Shown here: in pieces, positions 57,670 through 64,000 of the stretch
Numbering within the stretch: the stretch's first letter is position 1
Layout of the letters: each line of letters opens with the position of its first letter
Assembly (NCBI GenBank): GCA_963837465.1
Contig: CAWINB010000004.1
Span: 138,853 to 202,852 of the forward strand
Source of the DNA: Candidatus Doudnabacteria bacterium
Lineage (GTDB): Bacteria; Patescibacteriota; Doudnabacteria; UBA920
Length of the DNA: 64,000 nt
Reading direction: 5' to 3'
The notes under the pieces: generated by a model
The model's input: the letters and a program-made list of their open reading frames with translations, nothing else
Database searches by the model: none
Told to the model about the DNA's origin: nothing
Translations under genes and position numbers: made by a program

Positions 57670-59325
57670 ATGATACAAATATTGTTCGCGTTTTTGGCCG
57701 GTATATTAACCATTGCCGCGCCGTGCATTTTGCCAATGTTGCCTATTGTCTTGGGCGCGTCCGTGGGCCAAACAAACAAACGGCGGCCGTTGTTTATTGT
57801 GTTGGGGTTTATTATCAGCTTTGCCGCGGCCAGTTTGGCGCTGTCGCTAATTGTTACCCACCTGGGGCTTTCGCAAAACACAATACGTTACGCGGCGATT
57901 TATATTTTGCTCCTTTTTGGTGTTTTTATGATTTGGGCTTACCCTTTTGAATATTTTGCTTCTAAATTTTCTACCGTTTTTTACAAAGCAAGTCAAATTG
58001 GAAACAAAAAAGGCGATACCGGCGGCTTTTTGTTGGGTTTGGTTTTAGGTATTGTCTGGACCCCGTGCGCCGGCCCGGTTTTAGGCAGTATATTAACGTT
58101 AATTGCCACCCAGGGCACCACCGGCAAAGCTATAGTGCTGGTAATTTTTTACGCTTTAGGCGCCGGGATTCCAATGATGCTGATAGCCTACGGCAGCCAA
58201 TGGGTTACCACCAGGGTTCGTTCCATGGCAAAATATTCCCGAACGCTGCAGCAAGTTTTTGGCGTTTTAATTTTACTGCTGGCGGTCGCCATGTACTTTC
58301 AATATGACACCATTATAGAAAACCAATTAACGGCCTTTTTTCCGCAAAGCACTTTGGAAAATAAGTTAGTCGGACAGAACAGACAAAATGCCCCAATAGC
58401 CTCATCAACCGACCAAATAACAAACCCTATGGACACAGTACAACTGCAAAACTACGGCCAGGCGCCGGATTTTACCGGCATCACCAACTGGCTTAATTCC
58501 AGTCCGCTGACTATGCAGCAGTTAAGGGGCAAGGTTGTGCTGGTGGATTTTTGGACCTATTCCTGCGTTAACTGCATCCGCACCCTGCCGTATGTGACAA
58601 GGTGGTATAACACCTACAATAAAAACGGGCTGGTGGTTGTGGGCGTGCATACGCCGGAGTTCGCTTTTGAAAAAGTTACCTCAAACGTCCAGGATGCCAT
58701 CAACCGTTTTGGCATAAAGTATCCGGTGGCACAGGACAATAATTATGCCACCTGGGAGGCTTATAATAACGAATATTGGCCGGCGGAATATCTCATTAAT
58801 AAAGACGGGGAAATTGTCCACGAACATTTTGGCGAAGGCGAATATGATGTAACGGAAAACGCCATCCGCGAACTTTTGGGCCTTAATGCCACCAATACCC
58901 AGACTTCCGGCCTCGGCAACATAGAATCCCCGGAAATGTATTTTGAACCCGGCCGCCTGCAGTATCTGTCTTCAAACCAGGAGCCCAGCGCCCAGCCTGC
59001 CGGCTACCAATTGCCTTCCAGCCTGCCTTTAAATACTTTTGCCTTGGGCGGACAATGGCAGTTTGACCAGGATCACGCCCAGCTGACCGGAGGATCCGGC
59101 ACAATTTTACTGCATTTTTCTTCCGGGAAAGTTTTTATGGTGGCGGCCAGCCCGGGAGTTCCTGTTGCCTTAAAAATTACCGTTGATGGCCATCTCCAGC
59201 CGGATGTAACCGTGGAAGGTTCCCAGCTCTACACCTTGTTTAATTCAAACAGCTATACGGATCATACGATTGAGATAACAATTCCAAGTCCGGGTTTTCA
59301 GGCCTTTACTTTTACTTTTGGATAA
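57670..59325 (+). CDS. dipZ: DipZ-like CcdA-thioredoxin fusion
   Basis: PCILP, WTPCAGP, FWTYSCVNC, C-terminal FTFG. Confidence 0.92.
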   Translation: MIQILFAFLAGILTIAAPCILPMLPIVLGASVGQTNKRRPLFIVLGFIISFAAASLALSLIVTHLGLSQNTIRYAAIYILLLFGVFMIWAYPFEYFASKFSTVFYKASQIGNKKGDTGGFLLGLVLGIVWTPCAGPVLGSILTLIATQGTTGKAIVLVIFYALGAGIPMMLIAYGSQWVTTRVRSMAKYSRTLQQVFGVLILLLAVAMYFQYDTIIENQLTAFFPQSTLENKLVGQNRQNAPIASSTDQITNPMDTVQLQNYGQAPDFTGITNWLNSSPLTMQQLRGKVVLVDFWTYSCVNCIRTLPYVTRWYNTYNKNGLVVVGVHTPEFAFEKVTSNVQDAINRFGIKYPVAQDNNYATWEAYNNEYWPAEYLINKDGEIVHEHFGEGEYDVTENAIRELLGLNATNTQTSGLGNIESPEMYFEPGRLQYLSSNQEPSAQPAGYQLPSSLPLNTFALGGQWQFDQDHAQLTGGSGTILLHFSSGKVFMVAASPGVPVALKITVDGHLQPDVTVEGSQLYTLFNSNSYTDHTIEITIPSPGFQAFTFTFG

Positions 59326-59390
59326 GACCACAAATGCACAGATGGGGGCAGATTACACAGATAATGGACGCATTAACTGCCAGTAAAATT

Positions 59391-59585
59391 ATGATTACAA
59401 ATTCCATTAAAATTTACCGGGAAAAATCGGCAACAACCCAGGAAGAACTGGCGTCCGCCGTTGGTGTTTCCCGCCAAACGATAATCGCCATGGAAAAAGG
59501 CAATTATGAGCCGAGCCTGGGACTGGCTATAAAGCTGGCGCGCTTTTTTAAAGTGGCAGTGGAGCGACTATTCATGCTAAAATAA
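59391..59585 (+). CDS. XRE-family HTH regulator
   Basis: TQEELA..VGVSRQTI..MEKGNYEPSL. Confidence 0.9.
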   Translation: MITNSIKIYREKSATTQEELASAVGVSRQTIIAMEKGNYEPSLGLAIKLARFFKVAVERLFMLK

Positions 59586-59604
59586 ATTCTATATAATCCG
59601 CAAT

Positions 59605-59967
59605 ATGAAAAGCATTATTTATTACCTTTTGTTATTGGTGTTTATGGCTCTGCTCTCGGGTTTTTTGATATTCGACAGGCAGCCGGCTATGTCCATGCCC
59701 CAAATGCTGGGAGTGTCCGCTTTTTTGGTTTTATACACCGTGGCCATGTCCTTGGTCGGAGAAACCGGCAACGTCGACGAGCGGGACATATCGCACAGGA
59801 ACCTGGCCAACCGCGCCGGACTTATCGCGGGTTTGGTAGTAATGTCCCTGGGGGTTCTGTATCAGTTGTTTGTCTCCCACCGGGTGGATTACTGGCTTTT
59901 GGGCGGATTGATTTTAATAAATTTAACAAAGATTGTCAGCTTGATTTATTTGGGCAGTCAAAAATAG
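59605..59967 (+). CDS. Membrane protein (DUF2178-like)
   Basis: Four TM with DER motif, adjacent to XRE HTH. Confidence 0.75.
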   Translation: MKSIIYYLLLLVFMALLSGFLIFDRQPAMSMPQMLGVSAFLVLYTVAMSLVGETGNVDERDISHRNLANRAGLIAGLVVMSLGVLYQLFVSHRVDYWLLGGLILINLTKIVSLIYLGSQK

Positions 59968-60053
59968 CGCTACGTCCGGCTTTTTAATTCCGGGTCAGGC
60001 AGCAAAAACCATCCTCAGAACAAGAGGATGGTTTTTCGCTTTTTAGGCCGCTG

Positions 60054-60560
60054 TTAACGTGTTAAGGTAATTGTGGCCGCGAGTTCGGCGTTCGGAGCCC
60101 AGACGGTGTATCGCCCGCCATTGTCCACGGAAACGTCGTATCTGGTGTCGTAGCTGCTCGAGCTGGTCCAGATTCCGCCGCTTGGGTCTACGGGCAGTTG
60201 GCTGGGTACGTAAGTCGGGGTAAGGCACGACAGGTCTATGTCGCCCGCGCCGCCGGCGCTGCTGATATCGTATGTGGTGCTGGTCGCCATGGGAGGGCAA
60301 TTATAAGGGGTGCTGTTGACGTTAAACGCGCCGGCAAATAATCCTTTATTTTCCGTCAGCCGTTGCCCGATGGCGTTTAAGATAGTGTTGACATTGCTGG
60401 TCCGTTGCGTGTTCCTTCCCTGGGCAAACTGGCGGGCCGGATTGATGGCTATTATTACAATAGTGGCTAAAATGGCTATCATGCCTATAACTACCAGAAT
60501 TTCTATTAAGGTGAACCCGGGATGTTTATTTAGTGTTTGTTGATTATTGTTTGATGGCAT
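60054..60560 (-). CDS. Type IV pilin-like protein
   Basis: GFTLIEILVVIG prepilin motif; AINPARQF. Confidence 0.92.
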   Translation of the reverse strand: MPSNNNQQTLNKHPGFTLIEILVVIGMIAILATIVIIAINPARQFAQGRNTQRTSNVNTILNAIGQRLTENKGLFAGAFNVNSTPYNCPPMATSTTYDISSAGGAGDIDLSCLTPTYVPSQLPVDPSGGIWTSSSSYDTRYDVSVDNGGRYTVWAPNAELAATITLTR

Positions 60561-60735
60561 TAGTTTTAGTTTTGCTGATAAATATAAGCTTCGACCTTTA
60601 TTTAGGCTTATATAAAAGCAATATAACAAATAAATAAAAAATTGGCAAATTTAAGCCAAAAATTTAAAATAAGACTATAATCATTAACGATTATAGTCTT
60701 ATTAAATAAACTCCGGCAGCCTAAAAAGATCCGGA

Positions 60736-60945
60736 TTATTTTTCGGCTGTTTTGACTTCCCTTAAGTTTTTATGGGAAGCTATCGCGTGTGTTGTAACTA
60801 CCGGGCCAATATTGGTATCGTTGGGGTCGCTTAAGACAATGTAGCTTACCAGAGAAACTCCGGTAACCACCAAAAAAACAATGGTCCAGATAAACCAGCG
60901 TGAATCGTAGCTGGCCTCCGGTGATTGAGAACTTGGGACGGGCAT
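60736..60945 (-). CDS. Small single-TM protein
   Basis: 69-aa ORF with one TM. Confidence 0.6.
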   Translation of the reverse strand: MPVPSSQSPEASYDSRWFIWTIVFLVVTGVSLVSYIVLSDPNDTNIGPVVTTHAIASHKNLREVKTAEK

Positions 60946-61208
60946 AGTTATGTTTTTAATTTTTAAATAAAGGCTTGTTTAATAAATTATTTTTTGCAGC
61001 TCAATTCCTGAAATTGCGGCCAAAATAAATTTTAGATTTTTGTATCAGATCCTAAATGTACGGGATAAATTTACAAATAGTATAGCATATTTTATAAAGA
61101 AAGCGAAATTTTTTTGGCCACTTCAGGTATCGCTCAAGGTTGCCGGTTGATTGGCTGGCCTTATTTTAACAAGTTGGAACTGAATTAGCTAAAATTATAA
61201 GATAGTTG

Positions 61209-61907
61209 CTATTTGTTAAAAGCCAAATTATTTGGATTAATAAAATAGTCTTTTGCCTTTTTGCCTATTTGGTTTTGTGCTACCAGCTGTAAAGAATCCG
61301 GAGTTATGTTAGGAACGACATCGGCCATAGTCCTTAACACAGCACTTTCAATATCATCAGACATTCGGTTGTCCGGTAAATTTCCCATTCTTGAAGCCTC
61401 TAATTGAGCCGCCCAAATTCGGTTTGTAATATCTGTTAATGCGTTAGGTTGTAACTGTCTGCGCGCGAGGCTGGTTTTCAAATGGTCATTAAAAATTTCT
61501 TCCATTGTTCTGCCGCCTCTTGGCCGCCAGTTTTTTTGAGATAGAATAATCTCTTTTGTTGAGCCAATCCAAACATCTCTTAAAAATAAAGCCCTAACAC
61601 CGCTGAAAGATTTGCCTCGTTCGCCCAATTTTTGCATTTGTTGCTGATTAGGTTCTGCTGCTACTCCCACACCCTCGCCCATTTTCGCAACCATGTTTGG
61701 CAATTCTCTTCCATTAAACCATTCGGGATGCTGTTTTTGTAAAGTTTGTAGTTCCTGAGAAAGAGCGGCCACATGGGCCTTGTCCGTATAAACAATCAGC
61801 TTGTCCAGTCGGTTTATATTATCTGGGTTTGGTTTTTGAAAAGAATAATCTATGGTTTTAAAATACAGCGGAAATCTTTTGGCTTGTGCTAAATTACAAA
61901 GTTGCAT
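61209..61907 (-). CDS. HopA1-like domain protein, probably 5'-truncated
   Basis: RLDKLIVY...GVGVAAEP...SFSGVR pattern. Confidence 0.5.
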   Translation of the reverse strand: MQLCNLAQAKRFPLYFKTIDYSFQKPNPDNINRLDKLIVYTDKAHVAALSQELQTLQKQHPEWFNGRELPNMVAKMGEGVGVAAEPNQQQMQKLGERGKSFSGVRALFLRDVWIGSTKEIILSQKNWRPRGGRTMEEIFNDHLKTSLARRQLQPNALTDITNRIWAAQLEASRMGNLPDNRMSDDIESAVLRTMADVVPNITPDSLQLVAQNQIGKKAKDYFINPNNLAFNK

Positions 61908-62249
61908 GGATAATTGGGGAATAGCCGCAGATGGGCCAAAAACGGCTTACCCCTTGGGTATCTTTTTGCACTGGAAACCAGTGTAGCGTTCAGTATCATT
62001 TTTCATTGTACAACTCTGCCCCTTGAAATAATCGGGCGGATAGGGTATAATCTTAATGCTTATTTGTAGAGAGTGCCGGTTCTTGCTTTTAGATGGCAGG
62101 GACAAACAAAAATAATTAACCCCAAATAAGCCTTTGAGTTCGGCGCTTTTTTAACAATTAATCACAGGTTTTTTATATTGCTTTTTACTTCGACTCGCAA
62201 TGGTCGATTTTTTATTCAAAAAATCTGGATTAAAGGAAGAAAATTAATT

Positions 62250-63431
62250 ATGACAGAAGACAACCAAAAAACCCAGGTTATCCCCGCCGCCGCCGCCACA
62301 GCCCAAACCATGGGTGATTTGCTGGACACCGGTGTGGAAATCAAGGTTTTAAAACAGGGCGATATGGTAGAGGGCAAGCTGTTGTCCGTGGGCAAAAATG
62401 AAGTTTATGTTGACCTGGAAGGTTATGGCGTAGGCGTGGTCCGTGGCCGCGAGCTTTACGACGACGAGGCCACTTTGGCCAGCTTAAAAGTCGGCGACAA
62501 AATTTTTGTGTCCGTGGTGGATCCGGAAAATAAAGAAGGGATAGTGGAACTGTCGCTTCGGCAAGCAGGTCAGGAGCGCGTCTGGCAGACGCTGAAGGAA
62601 AAAATGGAAAGCAAGGAAATTGTCCGCACCAAAATTTTGGAAGCTAACAAGGGCGGCCTTATGGTGGAGATAAACAACGTCCTGGGCTTTTTGCCGGTTT
62701 CCCAGCTGTCGCTTGAGCATTACCCGCGCGTGGAAGACGGCGATAAAAGCCGCATCCTTTCCGTCCTGCAAAGTTATATGGGCCAGTTGTTTGACGTACA
62801 GATAATTACCGCCGACAGCGAAGAAGAAAAGTTGATTGTCAGCGAAAAAGCCGTGTTTGAAAAAGAAATGGAAAACAAACTTGGCCAGCTGAAAATCGGC
62901 CTGGTGGTTGAGGGTACCATTACCGGAGTGGTTGACTTTGGGGCTTTTGTTAAGTTTGGCGAACTGGAAGGGCTGGTCCATATCAGCGAGCTGGCCTGGC
63001 AGAGAATAGATAACCCAAAGGATATTGTCAAAGTCGGACAAAAGGTTCAGGCTAAAGTTATTTCCATAGACAAGGGCCGGGTCAGCCTTTCCATTAAGCA
63101 ATTGCAGCAAGACCCCTGGCTGGAAGCGGTAAAAAAATATCAGATTGGCCAGACCGTTAAAGGCAAGGTGGTAAAAATTATGCCATTTGGCGTATTTGTG
63201 GAACTGGACAAGGATATTGCCGGACTGGCCCACCTTATGGAGCTGTCGGATAAGACGGTTAAAAATCCCGAAGAAATTTTAAAACCCGGACAGGAAAAAG
63301 AATTTAAGATTATTTCCATTGAGCCGGCGGAACATCGTTTGGGTTTGTCGCTTAAAGCCATGGAAGAAAGTGTTAAAAAACCTGAACAGGCTGAGGCTGT
63401 CGCTGAACCGGTTTTACCGACAGAATCTTAA
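62250..63431 (+). CDS. rpsA: 30S ribosomal protein S1 (four S1 domains)
   Basis: ANKGGL, GFLPVSQ, FGAFV..EGLVHISEL. Confidence 0.93.
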   Translation: MTEDNQKTQVIPAAAATAQTMGDLLDTGVEIKVLKQGDMVEGKLLSVGKNEVYVDLEGYGVGVVRGRELYDDEATLASLKVGDKIFVSVVDPENKEGIVELSLRQAGQERVWQTLKEKMESKEIVRTKILEANKGGLMVEINNVLGFLPVSQLSLEHYPRVEDGDKSRILSVLQSYMGQLFDVQIITADSEEEKLIVSEKAVFEKEMENKLGQLKIGLVVEGTITGVVDFGAFVKFGELEGLVHISELAWQRIDNPKDIVKVGQKVQAKVISIDKGRVSLSIKQLQQDPWLEAVKKYQIGQTVKGKVVKIMPFGVFVELDKDIAGLAHLMELSDKTVKNPEEILKPGQEKEFKIISIEPAEHRLGLSLKAMEESVKKPEQAEAVAEPVLPTES

Positions 63432-63516
63432 GTAGCAGTAATCAAGCAATTTAAAACTCTTCCCCCGGTTCGGGGGAAGAGTTTTATTTCGGATGGGTAA
63501 TTCCCCAAGCCTAAAA

Positions 63517-63753
63517 TTACATTGAGGGTTTGGCCATGCCGGTAGCGGCGGGGTTGCACATTTTGCAGTTGTTTTTGTGGGTGAATAGTTCGTAGAGAGC
63601 GGAAAGGCCCACCAGTACGTAAATAATTTTGGAAATCGCGGCATCCATGCCGCCAAAAAGGTGCCCGATGTCCCAGCCGGATAAGCCAAAAACCAGCCAG
63701 TTAAGACCGCCGATAATTAGCAATACCCAGGCAATCATATGTAGAGTTTTCAT
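63517..63753 (-). CDS. DUF378 family membrane protein
   Basis: IIGGLNWL, IYVLVGLSA; SD aagggggtg. Confidence 0.9.
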   Translation of the reverse strand: MKTLHMIAWVLLIIGGLNWLVFGLSGWDIGHLFGGMDAAISKIIYVLVGLSALYELFTHKNNCKMCNPAATGMAKPSM

Positions 63754-63778
63754 TTTGTTCACCCCCTTCCAAGGGTTC

Positions 63779-63884
63779 ACCCGCCAAAACTTTGCGATAA
63801 TCAGTAAAAGTCTCCAACTATTATTTATTTGACCTTACTTGAATAGTCCAGCCTATAAACTTGCTGGGCAAAGTTTTGGCGGGT
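63779..63884. repeat. Family B inverted-repeat element, copy 2
   Basis: acccgccaaaactttgc...gcaaagttttggcgggt. Confidence 0.7.
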
Positions 63885-64000
63885 AAATTTTGTTTCAATT
63901 AGATTTTATTACCTATTTTATGATATCATTTTAAGCCGGAATTTTCAAAATTACTTATCCCCCAGGTTAGCGGTTAGCGTCCAGTGAATAGCGTTTAGGG

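Overview
64 kb window around the replication origin of a bacterium that looks like Patescibacteria/CPR. This is inferred from the mostly SD-less housekeeping genes, the expanded TrmB-like regulators, LLAAGC lipoproteins and a pilin; Doudnabacteria-like is a guess. Core genes: tsaE, ruvB, infB, rsmI, yebC, ruvC, tyrS, PBP1A, jag-yidC-yidD-rnpA-rpmH / dnaA-dnaN-recF-dciA, rbfA, nrnA, tRNA-Leu(GAG), hrcA-grpE-dnaK-dnaJ, rpsA. Accessory content: several TA modules (some broken) and an oxidoreductase-CofE-like-DHFR operon. Most notably, four TrmB-like regulators each sit back-to-back with orphan genes that carry strong Shine-Dalgarno sites; several of these orphans have recurring multi-hairpin leaders. 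Also seen: a stand-alone structured sRNA candidate, a Trp-Trp leader peptide followed by a terminator, and several families of palindromic/MITE-like repeats (162-bp covarying hairpins, nested REP-like units, in-frame insertions in proteins, nonamer arrays flanking a four-helix-bundle gene). Single-base frameshifts in dnaK, rbfA and others probably reflect sequencing error. All product calls come from motif recognition by eye; no database search was run.
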